Shown: positions 1 to 12,006 of the stretch, piece by piece
Position numbering within the stretch: the first letter of the stretch is position 1
Layout of the letters: every line of letters starts with the position of its first letter
DNA from: Takakia lepidozioides
Lineage: Eukaryota; Plantae; Bryophyta
Assembly: GCA_030704615.1 (NCBI GenBank)
Contig: CM060734.1
Coordinates: 1 to 64,000 of the forward strand
Length of the DNA stretch: 64,000 bases
Reading direction: 5' to 3'
Made by a program: the position numbers and the translations under genes
Notes under the pieces: model-generated
The model's input: the letters and a program-made list of their open reading frames with translations, nothing else
What the model was told of the DNA's origin: nothing
The model's database searches: none

Positions 1-3000
1 AATACGAGATCAATCGAGAATCGTTCGATTGTCCAATGAGGCGTTCACTTGTCATCTGGTTTTTGTTCAATGCGAAAAAGAAATCCTGCAATGCATGCAC
101 GGCTATTGCACCCATTGAACGGATGTGGTTGAAACCCCTCTTTTGCCTGCATGTGTGCCACACATGTGCGGAGACACAACAGACTAATATATCATTTGCC
201 TCCCCATCGACGCGCTCCCCCCTCAAGCCATTCCACAATTTAAATTTATTTTAAGCCAATAAATAGGTTTGCACTGCCTTTCAGTGGGGGTTTTTGGCAC
301 GTATCGATTTTGTTCTGCGGCTTCCAGCATCCCACGGCTACTCCCCCGCCAAAAATTGAAACTTGGCCAGTGTGTTCAATGTACCCTCTGATACGTCCCA
401 GTGTAATACGAGATCAATCGAAAATCGTTCGATTGTCCAATGAGGCGTTCACTTGTCATCTGGTTTTTGTTCAATGCGAAAAAGAAATCGTGCAATGCAT
501 GCACGGCTATTGCACCCATTGAACGGATGTGGTTGAAACCCCTCTTTTGCCTGCATGTGTGCGAAACATGTGCGGAGACACAACAGACTAATATATCATT
601 TGCCTCCCCATCGACGCGATCCCCCCTCAAGCCTTTCCACAATTTAAATTTATTTTAAGCCAATAAATAGGTTTGCACTGCCTTTCAGTGGGGGTTTTTG
701 GCACGTATCGATTTTGTTCTGCGGCTTCCAGCATCCCACGGCTACTCCCCCGCCAAAATTGAAACTTGGCCAGTGTGTTCAATGTACCCTCTGATACGAG
801 ATCAATCGAAAATCGTTCGATTGTCCAATGAGGCGTTCACTTGTCATCTGGTTTTTGTTCAATGCGAAAAAGAAATCCTGCAATGCATGCACGGCTATTG
901 CACCCATTGAACGGATGTGGTTGAAACCCCTCTTTTGCCTGCATCTGTGCGACACAGGTGCGGAGACACAACAGACTAATATATCATTTGCCTCCCCATC
1001 GACGCGCTCCCCCCTCAAGCCATTCCACAATTTAAATTTATTTTAAGCCAATAAATAGGTTTGCACTGCCTTTCAGTGGGGGTTTTTGGCACGTATCGAT
1101 TTTGTTCTGCGGCTTCCAGCATCCCACGGCTACTCCCCCGCCAAAAATTGAAACTTGGCCAGTGTGTTCAATGTACCCTCTGATACGAGATCAATCGAAA
1201 ATCGTTCGATTGTCCAATGAGGCGTTCACTTGTCATCTGGTTTTTGTTCAATGCGAAAAAGAAATCCTGCAATGCATGCACGGCTATTGCACCCATTGAA
1301 CGGATGTGGTTGAAACCCCTCTTTTGCCTGCATGTGTGCGAACACGTGCGGAGACACAACAGACTAATATATCATTTGCCTCCCCATCGACGCGCTCCCC
1401 CCTCAAGCCATTCCACAATTTAGATTTATTTTAAGCCAATAAAAAGGTTTGCACTGCCTTTCAGTGGGGGTTTTTGGCACGTATCGATTTTGTTCCGCGG
1501 CTTCCAGCATCCCACGGCTACTCCCCCGCCAAAAATTGAAACTTGGCCAGTGTGTTCAATGTACCTCTGATACGTCCCAGTGTAATACGAGATCAATCGA
1601 AAATCGTTCGATTGTCCAATGAGGCGTTCACTTGTCATCTGGTTTTTGTTCAATGCGAAAAAGAAATCCTGCAATGCATGCACGGCTATTGCACCCATTG
1701 AACGGATGTGGTTGAAACCCCTCTTTTGCCTGCATGTGTGCGAACACGTGCAGAGACACAACAGACTTATATATCATTTGCCTCCCCATCGAGGCGCTCC
1801 CCCCTCAAGCCATTCCACAATTTAAATTTATTTTAAGCCAATAAATAGGTTTGCACTGCCTTTCAGTGGGGGTTTTTTGCACGTATCGATTTTGTTCTGC
1901 GGCTTCCAGCATCCCACGGCTACTCCCCCGCCAAAAATTGAAACTTGGCCAGTGTGTTCAATGTACCCTCTGATACGTCCCAGTGTAATACGAGATCAAT
2001 CGAAAATCGTTCGATTGTCCAATGAGGCGTTCACTTGTCATCTGGTTTTTGTTCAATGCGAAAAAGAAATCCTGCAATGCATGCACGGCTATTGCACCCA
2101 TTGAACGGATGTGGTTGAAACCCCTCTTTTGCCTGCATGTGTGCGAACACGTGCGGAGACACAACAGACTAATATATCATTTGCCTCCCCATCGAGGCGC
2201 TCCCCCCTCAAGCCATTCCACAATTTAAATTTATTTTAAGCCAATAAATAGGTTTGCACTGCCTTTCAGTGGGGGTTTTTGGCACGTATCGATTTTGTTC
2301 TGCGGCTTCCAGCATCCCACGGCTACTCCCCGCCAAAAATTGAAACTTGGCCAGTGTGTTCAATGTACCCTCTGATACGTCCCAGTGTAATACGAGATCA
2401 ATCGAGAATCGTTCGATTGTCCAATGAGGCGTTCACTTGTCATCTGGTTTTTGTTCAATGCGAAAAAGAAATCCTGCAATGCATGCACGGCTATTGCACC
2501 CATTGAACGGATGTGGTTGAAACTCCTCTTCTGAAAAAGAGGGGTTGCAAAAGAGGGGTTTCAACCACATCCGTTCAATGGGTGCAATAGCCGTGCATGC
2601 ATTGCAGGATTTCTTTTTCGCATTGAACAAAAACCAGATGACAAGTGAACGCCTCATTGGACAATCGAACGATTCTCGATTGATCTCGTACTACACTGGG
2701 ACGTATCAGAGGGTACATTGAACACACTGGCCAAGTTTCAATTTTTGGCGGGGGAGTATCCGTGGGATGCTGGAAGCCGCAGAACAAAATCGATACGTGC
2801 CAAAAACCCCCACTGAAAGGCAGTGCAAACCTATTTATTGGCTTAAAATAAATCTAAATTGTGGAATGGCTTGAGGGGGGAGCGCGTCGATGGGGAGGCA
2901 AATGATATATTAGTCTGTTGTGTCTCCGCACATGTGTCGCACACATGCAGGCAAAAGAGGGGTTTCAACCACATCCGTTCAATGGGTGCAATAGCCGTGC

Positions 3001-5947
3001 ATGCATTGCAGGATTTCTTTTTCGCATTGAACAAAAACCAGATGACAAGTGAACGCCTCATTGGACAATCGAACGATTTTCGATTGATCTCGTATTACAC
3101 TGGGACGTATCAGAGGGTACATTGAACACACTGGCCAAGTTTCAATTTTTGGCGGGGGAGTAGCCGTGGGATGCTGGAAGCCGCAGAACAAAATCGATAC
3201 GTGCCAGAAACCCCCACTGAAAGGCAGTGCAAACCTATTTATTGGCTTAAAATAAATTTAAATTGTGGAATGGCTTGAGGGGGAGCGCGTCGATGGGGAG
3301 GCAAATGATATATTAGTCTGTTGTGTCTCCGCACATGTGTCGCACACATGCAGGCAAAAGAGGGGTTTCAAATGCCACAATTTAGATTTATTTTAAGCCA
3401 ATAAATAGGTTTGCACTGCCTTTCAGTGGGGGTTTTTGGCACGTATCGATTTTGTTCTGCGGCTTCCAGCATCCCACGGCTACTCCCCCGCCAAAAATTG
3501 AAACTTGGCCAGTGTGTTCAATGTACCCTTTGATACGTCCCAGTGTAATACGAGATCAATCGAAAATCGTTCGATTTTCCAATGAGGCGTTCACTTGTCA
3601 TCTGGTTTTTGTTCAATGCGAAAAAGAAATCATGCAATGCATGCACGGCTATTGCACCCATTGAATGGATGTGGTTGAAACCCCTTTTTTTCCTGCATGT
3701 GTGCGACACATGTGCGGAGACACAACAGACGAATATATCATTTGCCTCCCCATCGACGCGCTCCCCCCTCAAGCCATTCCACAATTTAAATTTATTTTAA
3801 GCCAATAAATAGGTTTGCACTGCCTTTCAGTGGGGGTTTTTGGCACGTATCGATTTTGTTCCGCGGCTTCCAACATCCCACGGCTACTCCCCCGCCAAAA
3901 ATTTAAACTTGGCCAGTGTGTTCAATGTACCCTCTGATACGTCCCAGTGTAATACGAGATCAATCGAAAATCGTTCGATTGTCCAATGAGGCGTTCACTT
4001 GTCATCTGGTTTTTGTTCAATGCGAAAAAGAAATCCTGCAATGCATGCACGGCTATTGCACCCATTGAACGGATGTGGTTGAAACCCCTCTTTTGCCTGC
4101 ATGTGTGCGACACATGTGCGGAGACACAACAGACTAATATATCATTTGCCTCCCCATCGACGCGCTCCCCCCTCAAGCCATTCCACAATTTAGATTTATT
4201 TTAAGCCAATAAAAAGGTTTGCACTGCCTTTCAGTGGGGGTTTTTGGCACGTATCGATTTTGTTCCGCGGCTTCCAGCATCCCACGGCTACTCCCCCGCC
4301 AAAAATTGAAACTTGGCCAGTGTGTTCAATGTACCCTCTGATACGTCCCAGTGTAATACGAGATCAATCGAAAATCGTTCGATTGTCCAATGAGGCGTTC
4401 ACTTGTCATCTGGTTTTTGTTCAATGCGAAAAAGAAATCCTGCAATGCATGCACGGCTATTGCACCCATTGAACGGATGTGGTTGAAACCCCTCTTTTGC
4501 CTGCATCTGTGCGACACAGGTGCAAAGACACAACAGACTAATATATCATTTGCCTCCCCATCGACGCGCTCCCCCCTCAAGCCATTCCACAATTTAGATT
4601 TATTTTAAGCCAATAAATAGGTTTGCACTGCCTTTCAGTGGGGGTTTTTGGCACGTATCGATTTTGTTCCGCGGCTTCCAACATCCCACGGCTACTCCCC
4701 CGCCAAAAATTGAAACTTGGCCAGTGTGTTCAATGTACCCTCTGATACATCCCAGTGTAATACGAGATCAATCAAAAATCGTTCGATTGTCCAATGAGGC
4801 GTTCACTTGTCATCTGGTTTTTGTTCAATGCGAAAAAGAAATCCTGCAATGCATGCACGGCTATTGCACCCATTGAACGGATGTGGTTGAAACCCCTCTT
4901 TTGCCTGCATGTGTGCGACACATGTGCGGAGACACAACAGACGAATATATCATTTGCCTCCCCATCGACGCGCTCCCCCCTCAAGCCATTCCACAATTTA
5001 GATTTATTTTAAGCCAATAAATAGGTTTGCACTGCCTTTCAGTGGGGGTTTTTGGCACGTATCGATTTTGTTCTGCGGCTTCCAGCATCCCACGGCTACT
5101 CCCCCGCCAAAAATTGAAACTTGGCCAGTGTGTTCAATGTACCCTCTGATACGTCCTAGTGTAATACGAGATCAATCGAAAATCGTTCGATTGTCCAATG
5201 AGGCGTTCACTTGTCATCTGGTTTTTGTTCAATAAGAAAAAGAAATCCTGCAATGCATGCACGGCTATTGCACCCATTGAACGGATGTGGTTGAAACCCC
5301 TCTTTTGCCTGCATGTGTGCGACACATGTGCGGAGACACAACAGACGAATATATCATTTGCCTCCCCATCGACGCGCTCCCCCCTCAAGCCATTCCACAA
5401 TTTAAATTTATTTTAAGCCAATAAATAGGTTTGCACTGCCTTTCAGTGGGGGTTTTTGGCACGTATCGATTTTGTTCTGCGGCTTCCAGCATCCCACGGC
5501 TACTCCCCCGCCAAAAATTGAAACTTGGCCAGTGTGTTCAATGTACCCTCTGATACGTCCCAGTGTAATACGAGATCAATCGAAAATCGTTCGATTGTCC
5601 AATGAGGCGTTCACTTGTCATCTGGTTTTTGTTCAATGCGAAAAAGAAATCCTGCAATGCATGCACGGCTATTGCACCCATTGAACGGATGTGGTTGAAA
5701 CCCCTCTTTTGCCTGCATGTGTGCGACACATGTGCGGAGACACAACAGACTAATATATCATTTGCCTCCCCATCGACGCGCTCCCCCCTCAAGCCATTCC
5801 ACAATTTAAATTTATTTTAGGCCAATAAATAGGTTTGCACTGCCTTTCAGTGGGGGTTTTTGGCACGTATCGATTTTGTTCTGCGGCTTCCAGCATCCCA
5901 CGGCTACTCCCCCGCCAAAAATTGAAACTTGGCCAGTGTGTTCAATG
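1..5947. repeat. Tandem satellite array, ~404-bp monomer, ~14.5 copies (continues beyond the window start), with an inverted block at ~2547-3371
   Basis: The same sequence recurs at ~404-bp spacing (e.g. identical ORF starts at 36, 440; 3582, 3986, 4390, 4794, 5198, 5602). Two monomers near 795 and 1185 are ~15 bp shorter. The array stops abruptly after ...gtgttcaatgt at ~5947. Confidence 0.97.
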
Positions 5948-6729
5948 TGGTGGTGAACCTTCAAGTTCTCATGTGGGCCCATCACAAGTTCAAGATGTTC
6001 CTCTCACTCAAGTGTCCCAAGATGTTCGAAGGGTCCAAAGGCCTTATGGTATGACAACATCTCAAGTTCAAGCTAATAGTATGTCAGAAGTTGCAAAGCG
6101 TGCCAGAACTTCACATGGGGTAAGGCCTTCTACGACCATGAATATGGGATTAAACAGTGATGTGTCTTCGTTTGGATTGATGGAGCAATCAAGTGGCAAT
6201 ATTCATTATAGCAGCCTTGGAGATTCTGACTCAAATTTTATGAGTGAGCCGCCTCGAGGTGGACGTAGGCAGATGCAACGGGAGAATGCCCAAGGTCAAT
6301 ACAGTCTGCCATTACCTACACAGTGAATCACAACAACGCATGTTCGTATGTCCTCCTCATCTCATATGGGTGTTAATAAGACTGACATAATTTCCGGGAC
6401 CCCAAATCATTGTACACGGGCAATTGAAGATAAAACTCTCAACAAGATGATAGAGTCATGGATCAAACATCAAGAGGCATACTTTAAGGCATTGGGGGAA
6501 CGTGATGTTAAATCTGCATATCAAGCACTTGATGTCCACAAGGATGAACAGAATTCCCAAGCTTTTTGGTCAGCTTTTGATATGTTTCAAGTTGAGCCGC
6601 ATAAAGATTCTTTTGATGATGAAGTGTTGAGACGTATTGGCAGCGAACTCTTGAAAAGAAAAGAGCTTCGTAGGGGTTCCACTACATTTGAGGCTAATCT
6701 CAGTAGGGTTGTCATGCACCCTTCCATGA
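5948..6729 (+). pseudogene. Unidentified coding remnant (~260 codons, one in-frame stop); inferred N-terminal part of the HECT-ligase gene displaced by an inversion
   Basis: ORFs 5835-6326 and 6348-7022 share a frame separated by one TGA. The protein-like helical segment (KTLNKMIESWIKHQEAYFKALGE...ELLKRKEL) ends at the 6730 junction with CRE RT sequence. Confidence 0.45.
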
Positions 6730-8790
6730 GCATCAATACTGTGTCACGCGCAGCTATCTTCCAGGAGCTCCGTTCAGCCCGGAGAGATTTCCACAAGCTC
6801 ATACCGTTTGTTCGATTATTCTATGCATCCGCCACTCCCCTCTACTACAGTCATCATTCTCGCTTCAATCCAAGGTTGGGACCCGACAAGGCGACCCCTT
6901 TAGGAGGACCTTTGTTTGCCATGGCTCACGTCCACGCCCTCATGGCTTCTGTACAAGTACACTCATCTTGTCTCTTTCCATCGGTGGCAGACGACACGCA
7001 CATCATAGGCCCTGCCTTGTAGGTACTTCCAGCTTACCATCATTTTGTCACCCAATTCCATGTCGTGGGCCTTTCGGTGCAACCTCGCAAATGTGCGGTG
7101 TGGTCTCCGTCCGGTCTACCTGCAGATTTTGTCCCCCCCGCTCACTTCATTGCTCCGCCCAATGGCATCAGAATCTTGGGAGTCCCCTTTGGCACCACCC
7201 AGTTCACAAAGTCCTTCTTGGAAGATGCACTCCACCAGGATGTCACCCACGCTGATCTTCTTCCTAGGCTTGGAGATGTGCAAGTAGCATACGGAATCTT
7301 GACCAAATGCTTCCTTCAGCGTCCCTCCTATCTCTTGCGCACAGCCCCACCTAGCCCAGATTTCCTACACCTTTTATCTGGGTTTGATTCTACCATGATG
7401 GCCATTTTCGGGAGATTGTTAGGACCAGAAGCTCTGGTGCTTAGGGTCTTTGCCACGGCAGCAAGCTACCCTGCCCATCTCTTCCGGTGGTGTGGGTCTT
7501 TTGTCCACCGTTGCTACAGCCCCGGCAGCCTTCCTCAGCAGTTGGGCGTTGGTTGCGCCAGCCCTCGCTTCACGATTTCTTTGCGACCATCGTCCCATCC
7601 TTATGGACGCCGTTGCGCATGTCGACAGTGGCATTTTACCCTTCCAGCAGCATTTCCGCTCTACACGTGATCTTCTTCCGGCACCGGCGCGAGCATGTCT
7701 ACCACCATTTGAGCAGTTGGTTGCTCAAGGCCTATACCATCTTCAGGAGTCCATTTCCGAGCGCGTGCACCGTCATTCCTTTTCCGGCATGCTCTCAAGT
7801 GCTTCTTCTGAGTTGCATCGGGCCCAATTTCTATCATGCGCAGGACCTGGAGTTGGGGCGTGGTTGGCAGCACGACCCACTATCGCACCTTTCCGCCTCC
7901 CATCCCCTATTTTCACTATTGTGCTCCGACTTCGACTCGGTTTACCTCATCCTTCGGCATTGGGCCTTCATAGATGCGTCTGTCGTCAGCCCATCGATGA
8001 CCTTGCCATCCACCTCCTCCGCTGCCCATGTGGTGGCGAGCGCACTGCATTTCATGACATGGTTCGTGATGCGGTGGCATCTGTTGCTCGGGAGGCAGGG
8101 TATCATGTACTACGTGAACAACCCCATCTTTGGCCGACGCTCACATCCCACTCTACACGCCGCCGTGTTGACATCGTTCTCTCCAGAGATGGTCTGCGCA
8201 CCCTTGCAGATGTTGTTCTCGCCGACCCCACTTGAACAGATCTGCTATCTCGCGCAGCCACCACACAAGGCACGACAACCATTATAGCAGCTCAGGCCAA
8301 GGAGCGCGACTACAACGATTGTGACCCCACCGACAGATTTCTTCCGTTGGCGGTCGAGATATTTGGCTCCTTGCACAGGCACTTCAATGATTTCCTTCGA
8401 ACATGTGCACATCATGTAGCGCAGAGTAGGTCCACTGGCATCCCGCATGCCTCCGTCCTTGTCGCATACTATCGGCAACATGTTTCAGTTGCTTTGCAGA
8501 GAGCATAAGCCATATCTATTTTGCATCGGGTTGATGTGGCTAGCTCCGCGTCATCTCATCTTCCGCCTATGCCCGACACTTTGCCTATCTCTTTGCCTGA
8601 CCTCCTCCAGGCTGTTGGCTAGGAAGGTCGTTCTGGTTGAGTAGCCTACTATAGCTTTTGTTTTCTTCCTAGTTGAGTAGCTTACTATAGCTTTGTTATC
8701 TTCCTCTTGTTTCTTGTTTCTTCCCCCCCCCCCTTTTTGGGAACTTCTCATCTTCTATACGTTCGCCCATTGTACATGTTGTAAATAAAA
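6730..8790 (+). mobile_element. CRE-clade-like non-LTR retrotransposon, 3' portion (RT, CCHC zinc finger, restriction-like endonuclease), decayed
   Basis: RT motifs NTVSRAAIFQEL, PLGGPLFAM, ADDTHIIG and ILGVPFGT; LPISSGGVGL; RLRLGLPHP; CVCx8HLLRC zinc finger; RLE signature HDMVRD..RRVDIV..LADV..AKERDY..FLPLAVE. Several frameshifts and stops. Pyrimidine-rich 3' UTR ending in AATAAAA at ~8790. Confidence 0.85.
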
Positions 8791-8935
8791 TCTTACAGGG
8801 TTCCATCATCCGGCGAGTCTTCCGGACAGTTTCTTGGAGGGGGCCCCACCTATCCTCACGCCTCACTTGTGCACGAGCGTGCTACCGTCACAACCATCTA
8901 GGGAATTCTAAAAATGCCTTGATGTGAAATGCATC

Positions 8936-9160
8936 ACAATTCAAGTGATCGCCCACTAAAAGTGCGCAATTCAATTGAATTGCACACAATTCAATTGAAC
9001 TACAAAAACTACCTTGAAAACAATCCCAATATGCAATTCAATTGAATTGCAGATTAACAATTCAATCGATCAAACCTAGTTCGCAATTCAATTGCTTTGT
9101 CGATTCAATTGAATTGTGGGGATGCGATCCAATTGAATTGTTATCTATAGCTATTAATTT
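8936..9160. repeat. Cluster of short palindromic AATTCAATTGAATT motifs
   Basis: About ten CAATTCAA/TTGAATTG motifs in both orientations within ~220 bp. Confidence 0.7.
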
Positions 9161-9785
9161 ATTAGGCTATAAAACGTGTATTCAATTTTGTATATATGAT
9201 AGGCGTATATCCCATCAAATACATCATACTGCTTAAGAAATACAAGCTGCCAACCCTGCCCGTCTTTCCTTTTTGTCCGTGGCAAGGCGCCCTGCTCGCC
9301 AAGATGAAGCTCTCAACGAGAGCAGCTTGTAAGCGTTTTGATAGGAGGAGGAGCAGCAGCTAGAGTAGCAGTGGACCCCTGCCTGGTGGTAGGAATCGTT
9401 ATTCATCTCTGTTCTGTTCTTGCCTTAGGTACTCTCACCAGAGAGATGCCCTCTTCAAATCCATCAAGGGGTTTTTTCTTGTACTTCTGTTTACCCAACT
9501 TTGAGAATCTCGAGGCTGAGCCAAAAGCCCAGGCCCCAAGCTAAGTCATACTACCGGCATCGGCCCCTGACAAAGGTAGTTTATGTCCCTTTGTGTTCCG
9601 CTCAAACTGGGCACGGGGTCAATGGCCACAAGGCTATGGAAACGTCTTATGTGCATTCTATTCTGTTATTACTCCATAATATTTTTGGCCTGTCTAACTT
9701 CATAGAACTATGAAGAACTTGACCTCCATTTCAGATAAGGTAACTTTGCACCAAATGGTGCTCATGTGTTTTCTTGTATATGTAG

Positions 9786-9848
9786 GATGCGGTGGATTTT
9801 CCAGAATGGCTCATTCCTTTTCCTACTTTCCAGGCTTTGGCTGAAGAG
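9786..9848 (+). pseudogene. Orphan exon resembling mRNA cap guanine-N7 methyltransferase
   Basis: 63-nt phase-0 exon flanked by tgtAG and GTagct, encoding DAVDFPEWLIPFPTFQALAEE. This closely resembles the DAVDCPEWIVPF..FKSLAEE segment of plant cap N7-methyltransferases as I recall it. No other exons recognised. Confidence 0.6.
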
Positions 9849-11088
9849 GTAGCTGTAGATAGCTTAGTTTCAATCGGTGTTCACTTAAAGACGATTTCGA
9901 GGTTGGCCTCGCTTTTTTTTTTTCCTCAAAGTTTGTACAGTGACCTTCTAAAGTGAAATCTTTCTCTAATACAGTAGGTATTCCAATCCAACATACTTGT
10001 ATGGTTGGAGTAGCTTGGTTGTTTTCGAAGTTCTAAAATTTCTTTCAAGTGTATGATGTATCGTTTGTGAAAAAATTTAGCAGTAGGACCCTTGGTTTTG
10101 ACCTGCAATATGTTGTAACACATAGGAGAGATCCATAGGCCTATCTATGGATAAAAATTTAGAAAGAGACGTGTGTTGGAGAAACAATGGCCCATATGGT
10201 AAACCTAGCAGGGGTAGACCCTAGAGGGTTTTCAGCCCGAGACATACATGGGAAGTTATAGATTGTTTTCCAACACTCATTGCATACAGGTGATGTTTGT
10301 TCCTTCTCTTTATGAAAGGGCCTCTGTGCCAGCCTTATCAGTGTCCTCTCAGTGGCAATCACTTGACCAGTATCTTGTTATTCGACCCTACATGTGAGAT
10401 GTGGCTGGGTGGTTCATTGCTATGCGTGCTATGTGATATCATGCGTTGTGGGCTCTTATAGAATGAAGATGACTTAAAGACGCAGCACGAAGACAATGAG
10501 CGACTGAGGTTAGTGACCCAAACTTCCAAACACTGAAGATAGATGTCAAACATTCAAATTTTAAAGGTGTTGCATGTGGGGGAACGGTGTGCTAGCTACA
10601 ATGGTTTTACAGCCTTCAATTGTTACAATTACCAAACTGGCAACCAAAATTCCTTAGGAGATCTATCTAAGTTTCCATGTCAACTCAAGCTCAGCTGGCA
10701 GTAGAGTATACCAAGGGTTCGGAAAGGCTGGCTTTCATATCACACCAAACAAAGGTGCCTAGGGTCTGGTGCTCGGACCTGGACCCTGCTAACTGATGAG
10801 GAGTCAACGGGGTTTGGGAAAGAGCAACATGGTCATTTGGGGGGGGGTTAGGGTGGAGGGTCAATGGAGTTCCAGCCAACAGTAGAGACTTTGTGACTAT
10901 ACCGTTCGTCTTGGACTTCTCTCCAAGTAAGATGAATGGTTTGCTAACACATTTTGCTAGGGTGAGTAGTTGTTGGTTTCAAAGTACATTTAGTACATTT
11001 ATTAGATAGTGTATATGAAGTTCAGTCACATAAGTCCTCTGGGGGAGTGTGTAAGTGGATGCAGTGGAGTACAAAAGCAATTGGAAGC

Positions 11089-11520
11089 ATGGATAACAAC
11101 CATCTTGACAATGACAAGGTAGTGGATGATTTAGTACTTTATGTGGAAGTAATGCTGAATGAGGGTGCCACAATGAAAGCAATCGCCAAGGCCCTTTTTT
11201 TTCATGATGTATGACCGTTGAAAAGATTGCTATCAGAAATCCAAGGGTCTCATTTCAAAGTCCATCATCAACTTGCTGTCCAACGCTTGTGTGAAAAGAT
11301 TCGAGATTTACTTCCTATTGAAGAGGATGGGACAAATTGGGGAATGAAAACAGTGCAATCTGCCTTAAGGAGGTCAAATTTGCGGATTCCTCGAAGGAAG
11401 GTGGGGGAAGCTTTGAAAATCATCTCACCCTACCATTATGAGCTTACGAGAAAGGCACAGGCAATTCGGAGGACTCAGTATAATGTGACAGTGCCTATGG
11501 CTCTATGGCACATTGACTGT
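11089..11520 (+). mobile_element. DDE transposase/integrase N-terminal remnant (IS3/IS481-like eukaryotic, IS3EU-type)
   Basis: From ATG 11089 (one TGA at 11212): HTH-like ATMKAIAKAL, then NWGMKTVQSALRRSNLRIPRRKVGEALKIISP...IRRTQYNVTVPMALWHID. This matches the G..v...Lr..g.r..r..V..al...dP...RR.Y.v..P..LWHID pattern ending at the first catalytic Asp. A GTAAGT donor follows at 11519. Confidence 0.7.
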
Positions 11521-11689
11521 AAGTATTTTTATCTCATGCATCTTAATGTTCTTTGAAGATGCACATGCAAGACGTTTTCTTGCATTACATATCCCACAAA
11601 ACTGTAGGCAAACTAAAACAAACTTGGACTCACACTCCCACATAACTGGAAAGAACTTTCTGTAACACTCCACATCTACCCCAACTTAC

Positions 11690-11870
11690 ACAGTCAAACT
11701 CGCACTCACACTCGCACTCAAACTCAAACTTAGACTCGCACTCGCACTCGTACTTGCACTCAAACTCGCACTCGTACTCAAACTTGCACTCGCACTCGCA
11801 CTCAAACTCGCACTTAAACTGGCAATCAGAATCACACTTGCACTTCCACTCGCACTCAAGCTTAACCTTG
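11690..11870. repeat. Degenerate hexamer microsatellite (ACTCGC/ACTCAA)n
   Basis: Roughly 25-30 imperfect 6-bp units lying between the transposase and HECT 3' ends. Confidence 0.85.
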
Positions 11871-12006
11871 AAATCCTTAACATTCCACCACTTTGTAGAT
11901 TCACACTACCACTCCCAGAAACGCTTCAAGTACCTATGATACCACAAAATCAAACTCTCTGTTTGAGCTGTGACTCACACCCAAACAGCCCAACAACGTC
12001 CACATG

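Noticed and set aside
36-5820. Dozens of repeated 63-111 aa ORFs (MRRSLVIWFLF..., MFCGFQHP...)
   Set aside because: They are by-products of the satellite monomer: present on both strands, disrupted by 1-bp indels, and without recognisable domains.
1-5947. CRISPR-like or rRNA/5S array
   Set aside because: There are no unique spacers and no recognisable 5S, tRNA or snRNA sequence in the monomer, and the context is eukaryotic.
6348-7022. 224-aa ORF as a novel RT fusion protein
   Set aside because: It is better explained as an inversion breakpoint at ~6730 joining two unrelated decayed genes.
11686-11939. Ser/Ala and His/Ser repeat ORFs
   Set aside because: They are translations of a hexamer microsatellite.
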